In this document: in pieces, positions 44,134 to 53,623 of the stretch | Position numbering within the stretch: the stretch's first letter is position 1 | Layout: each line of letters opens with the position of its first letter | Origin: Planctomycetota bacterium | Lineage (GTDB): Bacteria > Planctomycetota > PLA2 > JAEUHO01 | Direction: 5' to 3' | Assembly: GCA_020631815.1 (NCBI GenBank) | Contig: JACKGW010000003.1 | Span: 175,169-239,168 of the forward strand | DNA: 64,000 nt | Notes under the pieces: generated by a model | Seen by the model: only the letters and a program-made list of their open reading frames with translations | What the model was told of the DNA's origin: nothing | The model's database searches: none | Position numbers and translations under genes: made by a program

Positions 44134-44335
44134 CGGCTGGGGGCGGACCGGGCGGGGGGAGGTCGTCCTCGTCCTCCGCCGGCACACGGTAGGTTCCATC
44201 CAGCCAACGTCCCAAGTCCACCCACTTGCAGCGGGTGCTGCAGAAGGGTCGTGCGGGGTTGCCCCGGCCGAGCGAGGCGCGGCCGCCGCAGGTCGGGCAG
44301 GGGGCGCTCGGGTCGGGGCGCGGAGCCTCGCTCAC
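44108..44335 (-). CDS. yacG: DNA gyrase inhibitor YacG (zinc-binding)
   Basis: CPTCGG…NPARPFCSTRCKWVDLGRWLDGTYRVP matches the YacG signature CPxCG…RPFCSxRCxxxDLGxW…YRIP. GTG 44335 forms a GTGA overlap with the upstream stop. Confidence 0.75.
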   Translation of the reverse strand: MSEAPRPDPSAPCPTCGGRASLGRGNPARPFCSTRCKWVDLGRWLDGTYRVPAEDEDDLPPPGPPPADDHAAHLR

Positions 44336-44652
44336 GCTTTGGCGTCGCCCTTGCCGCCCTTGGAGGACGTGTCGGAGGCGGTCTTGGCCCCCTCCGAGCT
44401 GGACGACGGGGTGTCCTTGGAGGTCTCGGAGGACGACGTCGAGGTGTCCTTCGGCGGGCTGCTGCCCGCGCGCTTGTAGTCGGTCTCGTAGAAGCCGGAG
44501 CCCTTGAAGATCACCCCGGCGCCCGAGCCGACCAGCCGGATGAGCTTGCGCTTCTTGCACGCCGGGCACGTGACCAAGCGCTTGCTGCTCATGCTCTGGA
44601 AGTGCTCGAAGCGGTGGCCGCACGCCTCGCATTCGTAGTCATACGTCGGCAT
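44332..44652 (-). CDS. FmdB-family zinc-ribbon putative regulatory protein
   Basis: MPTYDYECEACGHRFEHFQSMSSKRLVTCPACKKRKLIRLV (CxxC…CxxC), then a Ser/Thr/Lys-rich tail. Start at ATG 44652. Confidence 0.8.
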   Translation of the reverse strand: MPTYDYECEACGHRFEHFQSMSSKRLVTCPACKKRKLIRLVGSGAGVIFKGSGFYETDYKRAGSSPPKDTSTSSSETSKDTPSSSSEGAKTASDTSSKGGKGDAKA

Positions 44653-45202
44653 CGGGGGCCTCCTCCACCGGGCGCTCGGGGGCGGGACCGCCACGCGCGA
44701 CGACGACCTGGGCCGGTCGCACGACGCGACCGTGCAGGCGGTAGCCGTGGCGCAGCACCTGGGCCACGGTCTGGGCCGGCCGGCTCGGGTCGTCCACCAT
44801 CAGCATGGCCTCATGGCAGCTCGGGTCGAACGACAGGCCCTCGGCCTCGATGCGCTCCACGCCGTGGCGCGCGAGCGCGTCGGCCAGCTGACGCTCGACG
44901 AGGTCGAGGCCTTCGCGGACCACGGCCGTGTCCGCGCCCTCCCCCAGACTGCTGCGCGCACCCTGCAAGGCGTCGAGCACGGGCAGCAGGTCCACCACCA
45001 CGCGCTCTGCGGCGTAGCGTCCCTGCTCGTCGGCCTGACGACGGATACGCCGCGTCTCGTTGACGAACTCCGCCTCGGTGCGGCGCAGCCGGTCCTCGAG
45101 ATCGCGCACGCGCTCCTCATGGGACGGTGCGGCGGGCGCCGGCTCGTCGGCGGTCGGCGGCTCCTCGATGGGCTCGCGATCCTGGGGTCGTGCTTCGCTC
45201 AT
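44639..45202 (-). CDS. grpE: Nucleotide exchange factor GrpE
   Basis: 187 aa. …LEDRLRRTEAEFVNETRRIRRQ…VVDLLPVLDAL…, …GYRLHGRVVRPAQVVV. Confidence 0.9.
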   Translation of the reverse strand: MSEARPQDREPIEEPPTADEPAPAAPSHEERVRDLEDRLRRTEAEFVNETRRIRRQADEQGRYAAERVVVDLLPVLDALQGARSSLGEGADTAVVREGLDLVERQLADALARHGVERIEAEGLSFDPSCHEAMLMVDDPSRPAQTVAQVLRHGYRLHGRVVRPAQVVVARGGPAPERPVEEAPDADV

Positions 45203-46329
45203 GATCGGTCTCGCTGGTCGCCGTTCTGGCGGTGCTCGCGCACCAGGTCCTCGAACGCGCGCCGGGCCGGGCCCGGCTCGGTGCCCTCGACGTCACGAAG
45301 CGCCTCGAGCGCGCGCTTGAGCTTGCGGCTCGGCTTCTTCGGGACGTCGTACTGGATGCGTGCCCACACATGGCCACGGCCGCCTTGCTGGAAGCGGGGC
45401 AGGCCCCCCCCGCGCACGCGCACGGTCGCACCCGGCGGCGTGGCGGGATCCAGGTCCACCTGCACGGTGCCGTCGAGCGTGGGCACTTCCACTTGGCCGC
45501 CCAGCCATGCCTTGGACACCGGCACGGGGACGTCCACGAGGAGATCCGCCGGGTCGTCGCTGGAACGACGGAACAGGGGATGGGGACCGACGTGCAGGCG
45601 CACGTGGAGGTCGCCCGGCGGGGCGCCACGGACGCCCGGCTCGCCCTCGCCTGGGATGCGCAGCGTCGCACCGTCGTAGATGCCCTGCGGGATGCGCACC
45701 TCGATGTCACGCCGACCCGGGACCTTGCCCTCGCCGCGGCATGTCGTGCACGGCTTGGTCACGCGCCGACCCTCGCCGCCGCAGTGCGGGCAGACCTCGC
45801 GCATGGCGAAGAAGCCCGTGTTGCGCAGGATCGCGCCTTGGCCGTCGCATGTCGTGCAGCGCTCGGGCGCACGCCCGTCGGCAGAACCCGACGACTTGCA
45901 CGTCTCGCACGGCACCAGGCGCTTGAGCGAGATCGTGCGCTCGGCACCCTGGGCGACGTCCCCGAAGGGGACCTCGATGTCGATACGTAGGCTCGAGCCG
46001 CGCGGCGTGCCCCCGACCGCACGTCCGCCGAACAGCTGCTCGAACAAGTCGCCGAAGCTGCTGAAGACGGACGCGGCGTCCCGGAAGCCGCCGTGGCGCA
46101 CGCCTTCGTGCCCGAACTGGTCGTAGCGTGCGCGGCGATCCGGGTCGGAGAGGACCTCGTAGGCCTCGGACGCTTCCTTGAAGCGTTCCTCGGCCTCGGC
46201 GTCACCGGGCTTCTTGTCGGGATGGTTTTCGAGCGCCAAGCGACGGTAGGCGCGCTTCAGGTCTGCCTCGCCGGCATCGCGGGGGACGCCGAGGACTTCG
46301 TAGTAGTCGCGCTTGGTCACGTCCGCCAC
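45199..46329 (-). CDS. dnaJ: Molecular chaperone DnaJ (type I, four CxxCxGxG zinc-finger motifs)
   Basis: J domain KRDYYEVLGV…HPDK. Zinc-finger motifs CETCKSSG, CTTCDGQG, CPHCGGEG, CTTCRGEG. GTG start; ATGA overlap with grpE. Confidence 0.9.
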   Translation of the reverse strand: MADVTKRDYYEVLGVPRDAGEADLKRAYRRLALENHPDKKPGDAEAEERFKEASEAYEVLSDPDRRARYDQFGHEGVRHGGFRDAASVFSSFGDLFEQLFGGRAVGGTPRGSSLRIDIEVPFGDVAQGAERTISLKRLVPCETCKSSGSADGRAPERCTTCDGQGAILRNTGFFAMREVCPHCGGEGRRVTKPCTTCRGEGKVPGRRDIEVRIPQGIYDGATLRIPGEGEPGVRGAPPGDLHVRLHVGPHPLFRRSSDDPADLLVDVPVPVSKAWLGGQVEVPTLDGTVQVDLDPATPPGATVRVRGGGLPRFQQGGRGHVWARIQYDVPKKPSRKLKRALEALRDVEGTEPGPARRAFEDLVREHRQNGDQRDRS

Positions 46330-46353
46330 GTCGAGATCTAGCGTACCCCCCGA

Positions 46354-47961
46354 TCAGAGATCCGCGCCGGCGGCGGCCGACTTCTCGTCCTTGAGGTCCG
46401 TGATCAGGGTCTCGGTGGTGAGGATCATCGCGGCGATCGACGCTGCGTGCTGCAGCCCCGAGCGCACGACCTTGGCCGGGTCGATGATGCCTTCCTTGAC
46501 CATGTCGACGATCTGGCCGGAACGGGCATCCCAGCCCTTGTTCCCGCCGGCGCGACGCACGTCGTCCACGATGACCGCACCCTCTTCACCGGCGTTGGCC
46601 GCCAGCTGGCGCAGTGGCGCCTCGATGGCGCGACGCACGATGGCCACGCCCGTCTTCTCGTCGTCGCCCTTGACGCGCAGGCTCTCCAGCACGTCCAGGC
46701 AACGGATGAGCGACGTGCCGCCGCCGGGGACGATGCCCTCCTCGACGGCCGCGCGCGTGGCGTTGAGCGCGTCTTCGACGCGGTACTTCTTCTCCTTGAG
46801 CGCGGCCTCGGTCGGCGCACCGACCTTGATCACCGCGACGCCACCCTGCAGCTTGGCAAGACGCTCCTGCAGCTTCTCGCGGTCGTAGTCCGAGGTGGAC
46901 TGCTCGACCTGCGAACGGATCTGCTCGATGCGCGACGTCAGCTCCTTCTTGGAGCCGGCGCCCTCGCTGATCGTCGTGGTGTCCTTGGTGACGACGACCT
47001 TCTTGCAGCGGCCCAGATGCTGGACGCCGATGTTCTCGAGCTTGAGACCGAGGTCCTCGCTGACGAACGTGCCGCCCGTGAGGACGGCCATGTCCTGCAA
47101 CATCGCCTTGCGGCGGTCGCCGAAGCCGGGGGCCTTGACGGCGCAGACCTTGAGCACGCCGCGCAGGCGGTTGACGACGAGGGCCGCGAGCACCTCGCCC
47201 TCGATGTCCTCGGCCACGATCAAGAGCGAGCGGCCGCCGTGGGCCACGGCCTCGAGCGCGGGAATCAGCTCGCGCAGGTTGGACAGCTTCTTTTCGTAGA
47301 GCAGGACGTAGGCGTCCTCGAGCACGCACGAGAGGTTCTTCGTGTCGGTGATGAAGTAGGGCGACAGGAAGCCCTTGTCGAACTGCATGCCGTCGACGAA
47401 GTCGAGGACCGTCTCGGTGGACTTGCCCTCTTCGACGGTGATCACGCCGTCCGGACCGACCTTCTCGACGGCGTCGGCCAGCAGGTTGCCGATCTCGACG
47501 TCGTGGTTGGCCGAGATCGTGGCCACGGCGGCCTTCTGCTCGCGCGTGGTCACCTTCTTGGCGATGCCGGCGATGTTCTCGACGACCGTGGCGACGGCCT
47601 TGTCGATGCCGCGCTTGAGCGCGATCGGCTCGGCGCCCGACGAGACGGCCTTGAGGCCCTCGCGCAGGATCGCGTCGGCCAGCACGGTCGCCGACGTCGT
47701 GCCGTCACCGGCCACGTCGTTGGTCTTCTGCGCGGCTTCGGTGACGAGCTTGGCACCCATGTTCTCGAAGGGGTCCTCGAGCGAGACCTCCTTGGCCACG
47801 GTGACGCCGTCCTTGGTGACCACCGGGCCGCCGAAGGACTTCTGGGCGATGACGTTGCGACCCGCCGGGCCCAAGGTGACGCGAACGGCGTCGGCGAGCT
47901 TGCGCACGCCCGCCGCGATGCGCTGACGAGCCTCGGCGTCGTAGAGGTACTGCTTGGCCAT
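46354..47961 (-). CDS. groL: Chaperonin GroEL (copy downstream of groES)
   Basis: [37 protein letters not shown]…[10 protein letters not shown]…. Start at ATG 47961 (the track ORF is over-extended). No GGM tail; the protein ends …[11 protein letters not shown]. Confidence 0.9.
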   Translation of the reverse strand: MAKQYLYDAEARQRIAAGVRKLADAVRVTLGPAGRNVIAQKSFGGPVVTKDGVTVAKEVSLEDPFENMGAKLVTEAAQKTNDVAGDGTTSATVLADAILREGLKAVSSGAEPIALKRGIDKAVATVVENIAGIAKKVTTREQKAAVATISANHDVEIGNLLADAVEKVGPDGVITVEEGKSTETVLDFVDGMQFDKGFLSPYFITDTKNLSCVLEDAYVLLYEKKLSNLRELIPALEAVAHGGRSLLIVAEDIEGEVLAALVVNRLRGVLKVCAVKAPGFGDRRKAMLQDMAVLTGGTFVSEDLGLKLENIGVQHLGRCKKVVVTKDTTTISEGAGSKKELTSRIEQIRSQVEQSTSDYDREKLQERLAKLQGGVAVIKVGAPTEAALKEKKYRVEDALNATRAAVEEGIVPGGGTSLIRCLDVLESLRVKGDDEKTGVAIVRRAIEAPLRQLAANAGEEGAVIVDDVRRAGGNKGWDARSGQIVDMVKEGIIDPAKVVRSGLQHAASIAAMILTTETLITDLKDEKSAAAGADL

Positions 47962-48092
47962 CTCGGCACTCTCCGTGAAGGGGCGCACCGCCCATGTGCG
48001 GGCGAGGCGGAACCGGGGACGGCGTCCTGGGGGATGCGGACCGCGCGGCGCCGGACGCGGGCGCCACGCGGTGGGATCGACCGACGCGAACG

Positions 48093-48380
48093 TCAGTCGA
48101 GGACGGCGAGAACCTCGCTCTCGCGGAGGATCTTCAGCTCCTCGCCGTTCCACTTGATCTCGGTACCGCTGTACTTGCCGTAGAGCACGTGGTCACCGAC
48201 CTTGAGCGCGGGCGCGATGCGCTCGCCCTTGTCGGTGAGACGGCCCTCGCCCACCGCCATGACGGTGGCGCGCTGGGGCTTCTCCTTGGCGCTGTCGGGC
48301 AGCAGGATGCCGCCGGCCGTCTTCTCTTCGGCCTCGAGCGGCTTGACGACGACGCGGTCGTCCAGGGGACGGATGGCCAT
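48093..48380 (-). CDS. groES: Co-chaperonin GroES
   Basis: 95 aa. [36 protein letters not shown]…. Confidence 0.95.
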   Translation of the reverse strand: MAIRPLDDRVVVKPLEAEEKTAGGILLPDSAKEKPQRATVMAVGEGRLTDKGERIAPALKVGDHVLYGKYSGTEIKWNGEELKILRESEVLAVLD

Positions 48381-48409
48381 GCGAATTCTCCTCGCGAGCG
48401 CGCCGGCGC

Positions 48410-50038
<1,629 letters not shown>

Positions 50039-50399
50039 GGGGCGAGGTCTCCTTCAGCGCGGCCGCTCGAGCAGCGGGCCAGGCCGGTACGCAGAGGGCC
50101 CCCCGCCGCTTCGGGAGGCCGCCCCGCACCTTGCCAAGGGCGTGCCGGGCGCCGGCATGAGGGCGCAAACCGTTCAAGGACAACGGGTTGCGGCCACGGT
50201 CCGCTGCGGAGCCGGCGACTGGCGCTGCCAAGCTGTCAGGGGCCACTCGAACCCACCACAGAGGGGTGACAAAGTGACAAGAGGATGCTGCGCTGCGCGG
50301 CGGGGCCCGCTGGCCCGGGCTTAAGGGACGGGGCACGGGGCGGTAGCGTGGTGCGGTTCGTCGGGCGCGCCCCCCAGACGCCGCGACGCGGAGACCAGG

Positions 50400-51884
50400 A
50401 TGCGATTGCGACCCGTGCTGGCCTTCCTGGCCACGCCGCTGGCCCTGCTGGGCGCCTGTCGTGGCTCCCCTACGCCGCTGCCGCCGCCCCCCGTCGCGGC
50501 GTTCGGCAACGAGTACGCCGCGCTGGACGACAACCCGTGGGAGCCGGGCGTCACGTCGTACGGCGGCGTCGGTGCAGCCCCAGGCGGAACGGGCATGATC
50601 GCGACCCCGGCACCCAGCGCCACCTACCCGGACAGCACCGGGTTTGCCGGCACGACCTACGTCTCCCCCTCGGGCACGCCCGTCGAGGTCCCCTACCGCG
50701 TGGCCGACGGCGCGTACGTGGCCGAAGCGCCCTCGGACGTGTTCGCTGGCCCCGGCACGACCTACGCGTCGCCTGATGCCTACACGTCGCCTGATGCCTA
50801 CGCATCGTCGCAGCCGATGACGTCGTCGCCGCCGTACGTCGACCCCGCTGCTCCCGTGGCGATGCAGCGGGTTCCCGCCTACGAGGAGCGGCCGTGGCGC
50901 TGGCACACGAGCTTCACCGCCGCGCAAGAAGACGCGCGCGCCCAGGGCAAGCTGATCCTGGTCGTTGCCTCCAACCCGGGCTGTCACCTCTGCGAGGAGT
51001 TCCGCACGAGCGTCGTGCCCGCACGGATGCGCGAGGTCGCCTCGATCGCCGTGGGGTATGCCTACATGGCGAACGCGCCGGAGCGTCCGGACCTGCACCG
51101 CTTCCTCTACGGCAGCCTGCCGGGTGCCCAGCTGATGCCGCTGGTCGGCTTCCTCGACGCCGAGATGGGCTGGGTCCACGGCTTCTGGGGCCGCCGCACG
51201 CCGGCCCAGCTCTCGGGCGACGTGGCCCAGGTACGCGGGTTTGCCCCGCGCATCCAGAACCCCTGGATCGACGTCCCGGTCGCCCAGCCCACGCCCGCCC
51301 AGCCGCAGCCTGGTCAGGTCTGGCCGCACGAGGACGTCGGCCCGACACGGCCCGTGGAGACGTTCCCGGCCACGCCCGGGCCGACGATGCCCGAGAGCAC
51401 GGTGACCCCCGAGCCGGCTTGGCCGGCGCCCGTGGCCTCCACAGGACCGGGACCGAGCGTCGAAGCGCCTCCGGGCGGACGCGGGGCCGGCGGCATGCCG
51501 TCGGACCCGCCGGGCTTCAATCCCCTGCCGCCGCCCGTCGCCCCCGGCGCGCTGCTGCCCACGTCGCTCGTGCGTGGCGAAGCGGGGCCTGAGCTGCCCG
51601 CGGCGCTGTCGGCCGATGCGGGCCCGTGGGGACGTCAGCAGCTGCTGGCCGCCTACGCGCAGATCCGCGGCAGGCGCTACCCCGCGGCGCAGGACACGCT
51701 GCGCGGCATCTCCGAGCGCATGCCGGGCTCGGCCACCGCACGCGAGGCTGCCAAGGGCGGCGTCGCCATCTACAACGCCAAGCGCATGGACCAGGCGGCG
51801 AGCGCGTCGGAGCGTGAGCGCTTCCGCGAGCGCGCCGAGCGCGACCTCGCCGGGACGATCTGGAGCGGCCTCTTCGGCTCCTGA
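50400..51884 (+). CDS. Lipoprotein with thioredoxin-like CxxC domain, Pro-rich linker and helical C-terminal region
   Basis: MRLRPVLAFLATPLALLGAC-RGS (lipobox). …GKLILVVASNPGCHLCEEFR… is thioredoxin-fold-like. Paralogous to the next gene. Confidence 0.65.
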   Translation: MRLRPVLAFLATPLALLGACRGSPTPLPPPPVAAFGNEYAALDDNPWEPGVTSYGGVGAAPGGTGMIATPAPSATYPDSTGFAGTTYVSPSGTPVEVPYRVADGAYVAEAPSDVFAGPGTTYASPDAYTSPDAYASSQPMTSSPPYVDPAAPVAMQRVPAYEERPWRWHTSFTAAQEDARAQGKLILVVASNPGCHLCEEFRTSVVPARMREVASIAVGYAYMANAPERPDLHRFLYGSLPGAQLMPLVGFLDAEMGWVHGFWGRRTPAQLSGDVAQVRGFAPRIQNPWIDVPVAQPTPAQPQPGQVWPHEDVGPTRPVETFPATPGPTMPESTVTPEPAWPAPVASTGPGPSVEAPPGGRGAGGMPSDPPGFNPLPPPVAPGALLPTSLVRGEAGPELPAALSADAGPWGRQQLLAAYAQIRGRRYPAAQDTLRGISERMPGSATAREAAKGGVAIYNAKRMDQAASASERERFRERAERDLAGTIWSGLFGS

Positions 51885-52004
51885 CGCATCTCGGTCCTTT
51901 TCGCTGGGGCAGCCGCCGGTAGTGTAGGAGTGGCGGTTGCACCCCCAGGTCTTGTGGCCGCCATCGCATCGCACCCCCGTGCTGGGCGTGCGCGGGAGGG
52001 TCGC

Positions 52005-53561
52005 ATGGCGGGACGGCGAGCTGCGTCGTGGAGCTTCGGGGTCGTCGTGCTGGCGAGCCTGCTCCTGGGCCTCGGTGCGCGCGATGCGCAGGCCCGCGGC
52101 GGCCACCCCCACTTCGACGACGGCAACACGCTCGACTGGCTGCACGACCTCGAGTCGGCCAAGCATCGCGCACGTGCCGAGCACAAGTTCATCTTCGTCG
52201 AGCTCGGCAAGCCGGGCTGCGGCAACTGCCGCGATCTCGTGACGCGGCTCGTGCCCAAGCCCGGCTTCCGCGAGCGCTTGCAGCGCATTGCCGTCGGCTT
52301 GGCCATCGACGCGCGCTTCCCCGAAGCCCGCGTGCAGCGCATCTTCCAACGCTGGGTCCCCGCCTCGCAGCTGCGCAAGCTGCCCTGGGCCGGCTTCCTC
52401 GACGAGGAAGGCCGCTGGATCACGGGGTGGGGTGGGCGCATCGGCGACGAGCAGTACGACGCGTTCCTCGCACGCGCGGAGTACGTGTTCGCCGTCGCCG
52501 AGCGCAAGCGTCGCGGCCTCTCCGACGACGACGTCGCTCTCGAACCTCACGACGCGGCTCCCCTCGCCCACGCGGACACGGTGCCGCCCGATCCGGAGCA
52601 CCCCATGCTCGACGACGAGCAGCGCGCGAAGCGCAAGACGCTGCTCAGCACCGAGGACGGCATCGGCATCTGCGTGGGTGGGCACTGTGGTGGCACCAGC
52701 ACGAAGGCGCGCGCCCCCACGTGTGGACCGGACGGGTGCGACGCGCCGTCCGCGCTGTTGGACGGGCCGGTCGTGTTCGACGACCAAGAGGACGAGCTGT
52801 CACCCGACGCCTTGCTCGCCGACCTTCCCGGCAGCGACGCGCCGCCCGAGCTGCGTACGTGGTCGCAGGGTGAGCTCCTCGGCGGCCCGCTCGGTCGCAC
52901 GACGTACGTGGCGCCCGTTCCGGGCGACGACGTAGCCCCGCTGCGCGATCTCGGCCCACGCCCCACGCGTGCGCCGCGCCCCGCGCCGGACTGCGCCGTA
53001 CCCGGCCGGCTCCCACCGCCCGAGGTGCGTCGTGTCGATGGCTGGCGCGTTCACGCGGGCGAGGCGCCCGCCGCGCTGGCTGATGCGCACGAGCCCTTTT
53101 CCGCGCCGGAAGTGGAGCTCTACGGCAGCCCGGACGGTGACCAGTCGGCCAACAAGCCGACGGCGATCCCCGTCGGCAAGCCGATCACGGACGCACCCCC
53201 GACCTTGGCGCGTGTCGCCACGGAGCCTGGGCACGTCGCCGGCGAGATTCGCGCGGTCCGCATGACGGTCGAGCCGGAACCCGACCTCGACCCGCTGGCC
53301 CCGTGGGCCGAAGCGCGCATCCTGGAGGCCTTCGCGGCTGCGCAGGCCGGGCGCCTCGACGACGCGCGCATCTCGCTGGGCGCCGTCACCAGCCGGCCCG
53401 GCGCCCAGGCCATGGCCGAGGACGCCCGACGCGGCCTCGAAGCGCTGAAAGACCTCGGCGAAATCTCGCAGATGCGCCCCTCGAGCCCGATTCGCTCGTA
53501 CCTCCTGGGCAAGGCGCGCGACAGCTACCGCGGCAGCCGCTGGGCCGAGCTCTTCCGGTAG
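52005..53561 (+). CDS. Secreted thioredoxin-like CxxC protein, paralog of 50400..51884
   Basis: Start at ATG 52005 gives MAGRRAASWSFGVVVLASLLLGLGARDAQA. …HKFIFVELGKPGCGNCRDLV…, …LPWAGFLDEEGRWITGWGG… align with the upstream gene. Both proteins end in W(S/A)xLF. Confidence 0.6.
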   Translation: MAGRRAASWSFGVVVLASLLLGLGARDAQARGGHPHFDDGNTLDWLHDLESAKHRARAEHKFIFVELGKPGCGNCRDLVTRLVPKPGFRERLQRIAVGLAIDARFPEARVQRIFQRWVPASQLRKLPWAGFLDEEGRWITGWGGRIGDEQYDAFLARAEYVFAVAERKRRGLSDDDVALEPHDAAPLAHADTVPPDPEHPMLDDEQRAKRKTLLSTEDGIGICVGGHCGGTSTKARAPTCGPDGCDAPSALLDGPVVFDDQEDELSPDALLADLPGSDAPPELRTWSQGELLGGPLGRTTYVAPVPGDDVAPLRDLGPRPTRAPRPAPDCAVPGRLPPPEVRRVDGWRVHAGEAPAALADAHEPFSAPEVELYGSPDGDQSANKPTAIPVGKPITDAPPTLARVATEPGHVAGEIRAVRMTVEPEPDLDPLAPWAEARILEAFAAAQAGRLDDARISLGAVTSRPGAQAMAEDARRGLEALKDLGEISQMRPSSPIRSYLLGKARDSYRGSRWAELFR

Positions 53562-53623
53562 CCGCGCCGCGCTCGGCTGCCGCGACGCAACGGGGCCGGC
53601 CCACCATGGCGTAGGCTTGGTCC

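Noticed and set aside
50039-50399. CIRCE (HrcA operator) or a sigma-32-type promoter upstream of groEL
   Set aside because: No TTAGCACTC-N9-GAGTGCTAA-like inverted repeat was found by eye. A CCTTGAA on the minus strand (about 50174-50180) lacks a properly spaced CCCCAT-like -10 element. The evidence is too weak to report as a feature.
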